Positions 54,022 through 64,000 of a DNA stretch of 64,000 nucleotides are shown in pieces. The position numbers and the translations under genes are program-made. Source of the DNA: Podarcis bocagei (lineage: Eukaryota); the NCBI GenBank assembly GCA_964188305.1, contig OZ076896.1; one strand, written 5' to 3'. How positions within the stretch are numbered: position 1 is the first letter of the stretch; each line of letters opens with the position of its first letter. The notes beneath the pieces are model-generated. The model searched no databases, was not told the DNA's origin, and saw nothing but the letters and a program-made list of their open reading frames with translations.

Positions 54022-54461
54022 AGCTACATGAACCAATGTGTCTAACCTACTATAAAGGAATTTCCTTTTTTTTTAAATTTTTTATTGGTTTTTCCACTTT
54101 TATAAAGACAAAACACACACAAAAAAGACACAAGAAAAGAACATGTATAAATTCCGAAAATCCTAGTTTCCTAACCCTATTCCCAGACTTCCCCCACCCC
54201 CCCTCGTGCATCCCAATTCCCAAGATTGTGTCAGCAATTTGGTGTTTCTCCTCTTAACCATCTTATTACCTTTTTTATAAACAAAATATAGATTTTTCCT
54301 AAGTTGGACTCAAGTTCTCTTCCGTCGATTTCTCATTTTGTCTTAATTAAAAGTCATATTAACTAAACCTAAAGGTCTTGAGTGTTTTTAAGATTCTCTT
54401 CTTCCCTCCCTCCCATCCCCGGTTTTTGTCCCTTCCCAATACATATCCAGAATAGCAGTTC

Positions 54462-55064
54462 TTAGCCTGGGTTCCTCACGTCCGAGGCTTTCAAGTCTCT
54501 TTCAGTCCCTCTCCGCCGGTCTTGTTGGTAGTCCTTTATGTCGGTCATCAAATCTGGAAAGAGTTCTTTCGCCATCAAACCATATTCTCTTCCCACAAGG
54601 ACATTTGAAAGCCACTGCTGAAAAATTTCCACAAATCCTGCATCTTCAAAGTCAAAGTCAAAATGGAGGCCCCAATCATATTTCTTTGTTTTAAGTTCCT
54701 GTGTTCCATAGACTCCCGGGGCCTCCTCCTTCATCTTCTTCATCTTTCGCAGACTTGTGGTAGATATAATCCAAAAATCTCCTTGCTTGTATTCCACAGA
54801 TGTCGGCTTTTGGTTATTACTTCCCAGCTTTACTTTCTCTTTTTCTTGTTTAGTCTCTTCCACCTCTTCAGATATCAGTTCCCATTCAGCTGTGGATTCT
54901 TTCTCATTCAGGTCCTCAATACGTACAGCAGAGCTGCCTGTTCCAGAAGTCAAGGTCATAAGTTGTTTATTCATAGCTAAGCTCTGCTCTTGTAGAATTC
55001 CCACCAATTGAAACATCCTTTCGATTTCCACTAGTAACTTTCCATCCACAGCCATTGTATCCAT
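54462..55064 (-). CDS. 200-aa ORF of the non-autonomous retroelement (possibly ORF1p-derived, coiled-coil-like N-terminus)
   Basis: intact ATG-to-stop ORF in the element's sense orientation, A-rich coding strand, heptad-like and E/K-rich N-terminal half; homology unverified. Confidence 0.5.
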   Translation of the reverse strand: MDTMAVDGKLLVEIERMFQLVGILQEQSLAMNKQLMTLTSGTGSSAVRIEDLNEKESTAEWELISEEVEETKQEKEKVKLGSNNQKPTSVEYKQGDFWIISTTSLRKMKKMKEEAPGVYGTQELKTKKYDWGLHFDFDFEDAGFVEIFQQWLSNVLVGREYGLMAKELFPDLMTDIKDYQQDRRRGTERDLKASDVRNPG

Positions 55065-55823
55065 TGTAGTTTCACAGAATTCCCCCTAGGGGGAATCTGG
55101 TTACTTATTAGTCTTTTCTCCAACAATCCTTTAACTTATTTTTATTACTTTGTTTCCAACAATCTTGGTTCAATTGTAGCTCATCTTAGTCCAGAGGGAT
55201 CTTAAATAGCAATTTTTCCACTCTAAACTGCCCGCTTGACAGCTTTGACAGCTGTCAAACTCCGCAGCTCTTACACAGGCACAGAGACAGGACGCTCCCG
55301 GGCCCGGGAGGGGGGGTTGTTTAAAGCAAAAAGAAGGCTTCCCAGTCTCCACTCTCCAGCTCAAAATTTCTTTTAACTAAATCTTGGAAGTTAGTGTCCT
55401 TTTTAACTCACCCCTCCAAGGGTAGGCTCTCCAGCTTAGCACTTTGTCGTTGCTTAGATCATCTGCAAGGGGGGGGGGTGCGGACTTCCTTTTAGCACAC
55501 CCCCCGGTCGTCTCCAATTCAGGGTAATGTTTTTAAAATCCAATTCCGTCTTACTCACGGGTTCTTTCTTTTCAGTCCAAATTTCAAGGAAGGAAGTCAG
55601 CGCTCTCTGGTCATGGCTCGCGGCTTCACTCCACCGAGGTAGCGATCGACTCTCAGTGCCACGCCGCCCTCCGTATCCTCTCCGCAGCCTTTAAAAAGGC
55701 TCTTCGTGGATCGGGGGGGCGCTTAAGGCACCCGCCGAGTCTTCAGTCCGCAGGCTTCCGCGCCTGCAGTTTTTAAGGGTCCCCGCGTCGCCGGCGCGGC
55801 AAAGACCCGTCCTCGGTTGAGCC

Positions 55824-55884
55824 GATTCCCTCCGCAGCTCGGAGGGAATCCGCCATTTCCAAATCGCGCCAACCCGGAAGTCCC
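55824..55884 (-). promoter_or_regulatory. putative internal Pol II promoter 5' module (ETS plus YY1-like motifs, hairpin)
   Basis: CCGGAAGT at 55874-55881, CGCCATTT at 55851-55858, perfect 11-bp stem 55824-55834/55840-55850. Confidence 0.5.
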
Positions 55885-58800
55885 ACTATAAAGGAATTTC
55901 CTAGGCTCCTAGCATTAGGGAAAAGCCAAGGGACCCTTCACACATGGAGAAAGTCACTTCCACAATATGTGGTGCCATGCTGTTGGAATACAGATATGAA
56001 TAGAATTTGGATATGAGCAAGGCCAATCATATGGGTCTTTATTATGAACACTTTCCCCTGACATACGCACTTTTGCACAGATTTTTGTTCACAATTTTTG
56101 TTCACATTACCAAATGCATCAACAAAGTGAAAATCTCAAAAGAAAATGGCATTTTGTGGGGAGTGCAAATTAAGCAAGTTTGCATTAAAATGCAAAGTGA
56201 ACCAAAGTTCTCTCCTATCCATACCTTCAGTTTTTGGGACTGCATATCTTAGAGCACAAATGACTATGGTCAGGTCTTATACATCAGTGTTATCTGTAAA
56301 GCTATTGGCTAAATGATAATGATAAAACGGTATGTTTGATCTAAAAAATATTTACCAACTTTTTAAAGCAGCATTAAATTTCTAATTTAAATATATTTAG
56401 GATTTGTGATTTTCAGGCCACTGCATTAACATCAATTTAAACTTATTTTGATTGTGAATTGTTGGAACCTGAATTTTACCTCTGAACAAATACAGGTACT
56501 GACCTAACAGGTCATTACAGGTTTTAGCTCTGCAACTCTGTAAGTGCTGACTCTAGAGTAATATCGCCAAAATCAAGGGTGTGACCAAAAAGAACAATAT
56601 TTTGCAATTCAAGCATAGATGGATAGCTGCATTACGATTAGGTATGGAACTAGAACTCAGTTTAATCAAGGATGACAGAATATAAATGTTCATTGGAATG
56701 ACTGTTTTCTCAACAGAATTTTTATTATGCATCCCTTTTATGTAGATAAGTCAAAACAATTTATTGCTTAGCTGACATACTTGAACTATTTTTGTTTTTT
56801 AAAAAAACAAAAACCCAAGACATGGCCCAATGACAATTTTACAACTCTTGTTGAACGTTATGCCCCAAAATTAAATCAAGAATGAATGTTAAGTGTCAGA
56901 GCATCTGTTTGCTTTATACATCTCAAATAACCTGCCATATAAACAGATAGTTTGATTAAAGCTCTCACTGTTGGATGTGTCAAAATGTTTATTCCCCGAA
57001 CCGTGCTCTTCCAATATTTCTGATCTGATATGTAGCCATCAATCAACAAACTCATAAAATTGTCAATAGTGTAGCAGGGCTTAAAATATTGAACAACAAG
57101 ATCTGCCCTTGCCCTTCATTTGTCTTAATTTATATGAGCCTCTATTTTGGTGGGAGATGTTTTCATCACTATGTTTTTAAAAAGGACATGTGCAATACAT
57201 GTGCCATACAATGCCAATCTTGTTTCTATTCTCTTGTAAGTATGCCAGCAATGGGCAAAGAAAAGGCAGGTGTTGAACAGGTGCTTCCCATCTCCCATCC
57301 TGGATAGTTGCTTCGAAATCTCTCTCCCCATCATCCCTGAAATTCTGCTGACAAAATTGCCACTATAGACTTTATAACTTTCCTTAGTGCTATCCATTGT
57401 CGCCACAGTAATCTGTACTTAGTCTAACAGTGTATTAATGGAGACCATTCATGTCAAACAATATTGTTTAAGCTCGTAATTTTGCATAATTCTAATTCTT
57501 GCTCGCTGGCTAAATAATGAAGTTTATTGGGCGCCTTTATTAATTAAAGACATCTTTATTTTGAGTCTCAGATTCTAGCATGTGTTTGTGTGATGTCAGA
57601 AGAGGTTAATGTGTCGCCCATTAAGGTTAATGATGTGGAACATGTTGGGAGGACCTTTGTGGAAAAAAGGATGAATAAAATGCAGGTAAGTACAACACTG
57701 TGATTAATTAAGAGGTTTTGTGAGAATAATGACTTGTCCCACTCCCACACCAGTACGATAGTAAGAAAAACTTCAGTTTCTGCAGTTCTGAAGGACAGTA
57801 TTCTTAACTTAGGGACAGAGAGTTCTTGAACCATTTTTATTGGTTTGAATGTATGAACCAATGGAAAGAAAGGTTCCATACTTTCAGTGGTGTAGTGCAG
57901 CAGGAATGTAAAGGAGCACAGATCCAGTACTTATCACACCAGGTGTAAAACATAGTGCCGGAGTGGTACTATTTGCCAGTGTTGTAAGCTTGCAGGGAGA
58001 GGACTGAAGGACAGGTCTGGCCTGGTACTTTATCTGTTAGTCAGGTAGGCTTTGCAGCAACAATGACTGGCCCAAGGTCCACCCAGTTTGGCAGTGCAAA
58101 GGGACAGCTTATTTTCAATCTTTGTCCTAATGATCCCTAAAGTTCTTTTCACACTTGTTACACACTACACTGATGCTTTTATTGAGATATTCAGCATAAC
58201 TCAAGATTCTGTATCTTTCTTTGTAGGACTGCATCAGACCCCTATCAGTGTATACATGTCATTAGAACAGTTTGCCCAAAGTGTTTGCCTTTACACTTAA
58301 ACAGGTTTTGCAATTTGTTCTTCATCTGCCGTCTATGGAGAGATCCTTTTGAAGCTCTTCACAATCTGCTTTAAAACCAACCAAACAACCAGCCCCAAAT
58401 TATGTAAGCACATTTCCACAATGTGTCTGCTCTCTACTTATGATACATTGAGATGTACCTCGGTTGCTTTTCTAGAAGACAGAATTGGGAGGCAGTTTTT
58501 ATGGCATGATGGAGACCCTTTGTTCCCATCCAGTTCTGCGAACCACTGAAAACTGCCACATGGATTGATGGGACAAATGAAAAATCAGCAGGGCTTTGTG
58601 TCATGTGGCGTGCAGGGCTTGGATATGTGCTAGAAATATGTCAGTGGACTTTCCAGCTTGCCATATGGGTGCACCCTTATTAAAGAAGTGAGGAACTGAA
58701 CACAACACACATTTGCTGGGCACGGTTTGAATGAGAGATGTACCCCAACTTCAGCTTCATATTTTGCTATTCCCATATAAAAAAAAATGGGAAATGTTTT

Positions 58801-59466
58801 AGGCAAGTTCCCCCATTCTATGACTAACATCTCCACAATGTATAACAAGCGCTGTGTGTGTAAAGGCTGCCTCGGCGCAGCTGATCCTGTCTAAAAACTG
58901 GAAATAATGCTATTGTTCTCATTGCAGCAACATCATCAGCATGACTCTCAATGTTCCACAGAAATAAAGTAATTGAAGCCATTTATCCTCAGGACATCTG
59001 CTATATAACTCTATCTGTTATGGCTGTTGTGAAGTTTAGTAAATAGTGCTATGTGCTAGTTAGATCAGAGGAGACCAAACGTGCAGAAATTGATTTTCTA
59101 AAAAGTAAGCATTTTTCTTCTGGGGCCACTGAGCCTATTCCAGCAAAGTGTCACTTTTGGCTTATCTATTTACCCTGTAAACCAAAGTACTCAGCTGAGG
59201 TTAACTTTGCTGAGCAACAAATGTAGGCTAACACACTTACAGGCTGTACATCTCCTTTTCATAAGCCTCTTTTCAATTAAATGCAGATCTTGCTCGGCCT
59301 AGGTCTTAACCATTGGCAATGGCACAATGCTCAATAGGTTACTGGAGAGAACTGTAGCCTGAGAGGCCACATAGGCCAGAATGAAGTTGATCTGAATTAG
59401 TTAAACATTTTACAGGGATCGATGAGGTTTTCCCAGGTCTTGAGCAAGAACAAAAAAATGTTTCTC

Positions 59467-59501
59467 ATCATCATTATCATCATCATCATCATCATCATCA
59501 T
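59467..59501. repeat. (ATC)n microsatellite
   Basis: directly visible. Confidence 0.95.
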
Positions 59502-62290
59502 TCCTTCTAATACTGAACTTCAGTGCTTTGGATACCCTTAGTTTGGCAAGGAAATGGGAACACTAAAAAATAAATAAAAAATCTCACCATGCGTGAAGAA
59601 GCGTATTAGTTTGTGAATTAAAATAAATATGTATTTCTTTTCTTCTTTTTTAAAAAAAGTGCCCTAACAAGAAGCTGTGCTCAGTGGCTTTGGATGTTGA
59701 AGATATCTACAGGAAAAAGAAAACGTAAATGGGATGGAGGAGTAGAGGGTTACTTGAACTTCTAACCCTAGCATCTTACAATTACTGAGGCATAGAGATA
59801 AGGGTCAGATAGGAATTCTGCCTTACTAATCTACTTCGGAGGAGTAAAGTATTATATGGCACTATACAGGGAAAGGAAATGGTCCTGTAGAAACAGGACA
59901 AGCCATCACTTAATTTTTTCAATGAAACTAAAACATAGTTTCATTGAAAAATTTAAGTGATGGCTTGTTCTGTTTCTACACAACCATTTCCTTTCCATGT
60001 ATAATGCCATATAATCACAGAAATGAAAGCCCTGATGATGGAGACGGGAGCTGGAAGACAGAGGTGTCTGGCATCAGAAGAGAGCTAATTCTTCTTCTGA
60101 GCTTTGGCAAGGAAGAACACATGCTTAGCCCAGACAAATTTCTCATTCTTCCACAGGAAGAATGCTCCATTTCCATTCTCCCTTTGCCACTTCCTCCTTT
60201 ATGTCCAACTTCTGCAACCAAGGAAAGGTTGGGAATCCAATTGTGATTCTCCACACGCACCTGAGTTTTACATTCCTACCTCTGCTTGAGCCTGGGCCAC
60301 AGTCCTTGAGCACCTGCTAGTGATGCCATTTCTTGGTGTTAGACCACTGGTGAGGAGCACTGCAAGGAACAGTGAACAAACAGCTGGCTAATAGTGGAAA
60401 ACAGTGACTCTCATATGCAAGTCTTTGCAAAGAAAGAGACACCCGTTACATCCTTTGTTGATAATGTACACTGTGCATATTGCTTCGACAGGGTGGAAAA
60501 ACACTTTTGAAATTTTTTCTTCCTGGTCAACCTGAAATTAGTATTAGGGACTTGCAACATTGGCTCCCTCACCTGATATTCATTGCAGAAGCAAATTAAT
60601 CAATTGACTCTAATATAGTTCACAGAGCCTTAATCACCTCCCTGCAGTTACCCTTACTAATGGCAAGGTGACAGTAATTAGTTATTGATGGCAATCTTTG
60701 ATATAAACAACATGGATACTAATCCTATTGAAATTGATACCTACATTTCCCTAGGCGCTAAGAGCTCACATTACAGACATGATGAATGAACAGAAGATAA
60801 AAGCATTTTTTTAAAATAATAAAAAAGCAAGAGATTCACACCTGCCAGAATAACAGGTAGCGGAAAAGGGGAAAAGCTCACTCATCATAAAGACCAGAGG
60901 GCAGGCTATCTATCTGGGAATTTTTCCATAACTGTTGTGGTTTCCCGGCATTTTTCATGCATTCTGCATTTCACAGATTATTGAACACATGTTATTAAAC
61001 AACTATATCAGGCATCTACTTTGGCAAAGCAGCAATAGTACTGGTGTTGGATGTGTGCAGTCCCAGGTAGAAATCCATGCTTTCAATATATGGGACTAGA
61101 AGGCTCATAATGGTAAGAAAAAGAGTTTGTTCTTCCTGGACTCATATAATAATGCCCCATAGCCCTGCCTGGTCACTAATATTTTTTTCTGCGCTACAGT
61201 TGGCAAAAACTCATCATGATAAGGACCTTTTTGTTGTTGAGCTCACTTCCTGAAAGACTCTTCTCTCTGGAAAAAAAAAGTACTGTGTTGACAGTTATGT
61301 GGTTTGGCATTTGCTAAAATTGTTTTTGTTTGTGCCAGCCTGTCATTTTATTGTTTTAGTTATTTTTGCCTGATGCAAAGAAGTTGCTGGGTTAATTTTA
61401 TTTTTAATGATAATTTTAAAAAGACATTATTTGTCAACTGCCTTGGGGTTGTTATATGACAGCTGCTTTAAAAATACTTTAAATAGACAAAATGTTGTTT
61501 TACTAGGTAGCTAACAAATTTGGCTTTGTTGTTTGCCGTTCAGTTTGTTTCAAAATAAAAGAAACTTTTTTTGATGTGTCAGCAACTGCAGTTGCCACCA
61601 ACACTAGTTATACTCAAACCAGAACAGCTATCTACCATGGCTGACCCTACCATGGGCAAGGGAGGCCTTGTGGATGGTGCCACTGATGGTAGGGCAAGCA
61701 AGCTTGCTGGCTGGCTGGTGGTGACCCATGACAGGGCTTTTTCACTGGTGGCTCCCTGTATGTGAAATGCCCTCCCTAGTGTGGTGTGTATGTCATTACT
61801 GATTTTCAAGAGAATTTTTTTAATGTTCCTGTTTCCCTAGGCATTTGATAACTGCAAGATGCCAGTCACTGAGATAATGACAACAACAACTGCTTTTATA
61901 AGTGAACTCACCCTTTTCATATGGCGGAACTGCAGGACGGAGGAGGCTTCACTGGGGCCCTGACGAGGGAATCAAACTGGAGACTTCCGGGTTGGCGCCT
62001 CTGGCAATGGCAGATTTCCTCCGATCGGGAGGAATCCGCTCCGTGGAAAACAGGGTCTGAACCGCCACGGCGAGGTGGAGACCCATCAGAAACCACAGGC
62101 GGGAGAAGCCTGTGGACGTGGGATTCGGCCGGCACCTTTGCGCCCCCCCCTACTCGCAGGGAAACCCGATTTCGGGGCTCCGGAGTGATGTGGGGTGAGC
62201 GGCGCGGTACCTTGAATCGACTGCTTATTTCACTGAGTGAAGCCGCATTGCTGTTGCCGGAGAGCGCTGACTTTTTCCTGTGGACAATTG

Positions 62291-62919
62291 TTTTTTTTTT
62301 AAATAATTTTTTATTGCTTTTTTTCCAAGGTCAGAAAAGATCGTCAACAACACAACAAAAGCGTTTTTACAGAAAAAAGAAGAAGTTATAAAAGAAAGTT
62401 CACTTTTCCAGATCTATTTTCATAGTCAACTGGACTTCCCCAGATCTTCCATCCCCTGCTTTCTTTACAATAGAAATAAACAGCAAATTGATACCTTATT
62501 TTATGTGTTTTTGTACTTTCATTTAGTTATATAATCTGTAATTTATACTTTTCAAAATCATAACTTAATTTCCATCATTTATAAATCTCAATGCTGAAGC
62601 ATGTTTTTCCCAGAGACTTAGCAAATTCTCAACATTCATATAACTTATAATGTTTTTGTAAATAGTCCTTAAATTTTTTCCAATCCTCTTCCACTGCCTC
62701 TTCTCCCAGATCTCGGATTCTGCCGGTCATTTCGGCTAATTCCATGTAGTCCATCAGCTGCGAATGCCACTCTTCCAGCGTGGGCAACTCCTGTGCCTTC
62801 CAATGTTTAGCTATAAGGATTCTTGCTGCTGTAGTAGCATATAAAAAGAAAGTTCTATCTTTCTTTGACACTCTCTGGCCCACAATGCCCAGGAGGAAGG
62901 CCTCTGGTTTCTTATGGAA
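62291..62919 (-). mobile_element. L1-clade LINE short 3' fragment
   Basis: ORF 62629-62883 FLYATTAARILIAKHWK...EEW...MDYMELAEMTG, homologous to 46596-47099; polyA tail; 17-bp TSD TTTCCTGTGGACAATTG (62274-62290, 62920-62936). Confidence 0.92.
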
Positions 62920-63560
62920 TTTCCTGTGGACAATTGGAGCTTAAATAACTGTTCGTGAGTAGAACGGAAAATTGGAATAAGAAATTTCTTTTAATTTGGC
63001 ACTGAAGCAGGAAGGTCTAAACAGGAAGTCTGCCTTCTGCTTTTTGTAAATAGATTGAAGCAAAGACACGGCAAGCTAGAGCTTAGAAAATCATTTGTAA
63101 AGGATCAATTTTCATCATTTAAAAATTACTGAACCCCCCTTGGAAGCAGGAGAAGAGGGGGGAACTTTTTCTGGACTGATTAAACTTGTAGAAGACAAGC
63201 AAAGAAAAGTAATTCTCCTCCGTCCTGAACCTGGTAGCAGGGTGTCAGGACAGACGTCTTCGGGAAGTTCATTGACTATATACAAACGTCTTTGACAGAT
63301 AATTAAAAGAAGAGAAACATATTGATTCCATTGTTCCCCTTCACATCTAAAAGGAACAAAATATTGACAAAATATCTGAAAAAGGAAACTTTGTTGTTAG
63401 ATTTGCTTTTTTAAAAAAGAGAGAGAGAGAGATGGATGGATACAAATAGAAGCTTTTTCCCCTAGAGGGAGCTTGTGAAACTGTTATTAAATTCGAACTG
63501 GGGAGCTTTGCAGCTGCAATACATTAAGATCGTGGGAACAGACTCTGACCTTGCATAACA

Positions 63561-63914
63561 ATGTATTCAGAGGCTCTGGTGCGTGCTTTCTGCAAGACAA
63601 GTGCTTTATTGGAACAGTTACATGAGAAGACGGATTTGATGACTGTTGCGATTAGAAATTTTGGACAGGTAGTGGGTATCTATATAGAGCCCACCCAGGA
63701 ATCAACTCAGGAGTGTGCTCTGACAGATCAGATGAGGGAGGAGGCTGTTGTTGCACCTCGGGTGGCAGAGATGGAGGAAGCTGTGGCCCAGCAGGAACAT
63801 GAGTTGTTGGATCTGACAAATGAACTTGGAAAAAGCCAGATTTGGAGAGACAGAGTTTTGTTTGGCTTGGAGATGGGGGGCTGGATAGACCCCCCCTATG
63901 CAGGGATGTTTTGA
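63561..63914 (+). CDS. 117-aa ORF of the second non-autonomous element (acidic, coiled-coil-like)
   Basis: ATG ORF just downstream of the conserved TTCCCCTAG block, positionally equivalent to 54462-55064; may be truncated. Confidence 0.35.
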   Translation: MYSEALVRAFCKTSALLEQLHEKTDLMTVAIRNFGQVVGIYIEPTQESTQECALTDQMREEAVVAPRVAEMEEAVAQQEHELLDLTNELGKSQIWRDRVLFGLEMGGWIDPPYAGMF

Positions 63915-64000
63915 CTTTCCAAGTCTGGCAATGGGCCGTGAGGAGTTTGGGGTTGTGGGGGTCCTCAACTCTGGAAGGACCGTGAAACATGCTTTTAAAT

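Larger units (their letters stand above)
53410..54066 (+). mobile_element. old tRNA-derived SINE (Squam2-like), split by nested DNA transposons
   Basis: GGGGCAGCTCAATG...CATGCTTTGCAGGCAG head, CTGAAACCCTGGAGAGATGCTGCCAGTC...GAGCTAGAT body resuming after 54021; degenerate. Confidence 0.55.
54067..55884 (-). mobile_element. full-length non-autonomous L1-dependent retroelement (ORF2-less, HAL1-like architecture)
   Basis: 18-bp TSD ACTATAAAGGAATTTCCT (54049-54066, 55885-55902); AATAAA (54081-54086, minus) plus A tail; CpG-rich 5' region; single ORF; no EN/RT. Confidence 0.8.
61979..64000 (+). mobile_element. diverged relative of the 54067-55884 element (runs off the window), interrupted by an L1 fragment
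   Basis: identical 5' 17-mer GACTTCCGGGTTGGCGC; shared GAGAGCGCTGACT, CGTGAGTA..ACGGAA.TTGGA and TTCCCCTAG...TGTGAAACT blocks in the same order. Confidence 0.75.

Noticed and set aside
61921-62391. 156-aa ORF
   Set aside because: Chimeric: it spans flanking DNA, a GC-rich 5'UTR and the antisense polyA tail of an inserted L1

Overview
This is vertebrate, non-coding, repeat-rich DNA (intronic or intergenic). The repeat content points to a squamate reptile, probably a lacertid lizard: six Sauria SINEs with ACCTTT tails, BovB, RTE, L1, L2, CR1 and Rex1 LINE fragments, and TA- and 8-bp-TSD MITEs. I could not identify any host protein-coding gene, and most ORFs in the track are spurious or TE-derived. 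Three structures stand out. (1) A complete ~1.8-kb retroposed element at 54067-55884 (-) has an 18-bp TSD, a polyA tail, a CpG-rich 5'UTR and one 200-aa ORF, but no endonuclease or reverse transcriptase. A diverged relative starts at ~61979 (+). The two share the 5' end, a 5' hairpin and matching splice donor/acceptor-like motifs, which suggests a family of L1-dependent, ORF2-less (HAL1-like) elements. (2) A Tc2/pogo-type MITE at 47700-49636 has its interior expanded into 16 tandem 99-bp units, each with two hairpins. (3) Several nested insertions can be resolved from their TSDs. All family names come from recalled consensus features, not from database searches.
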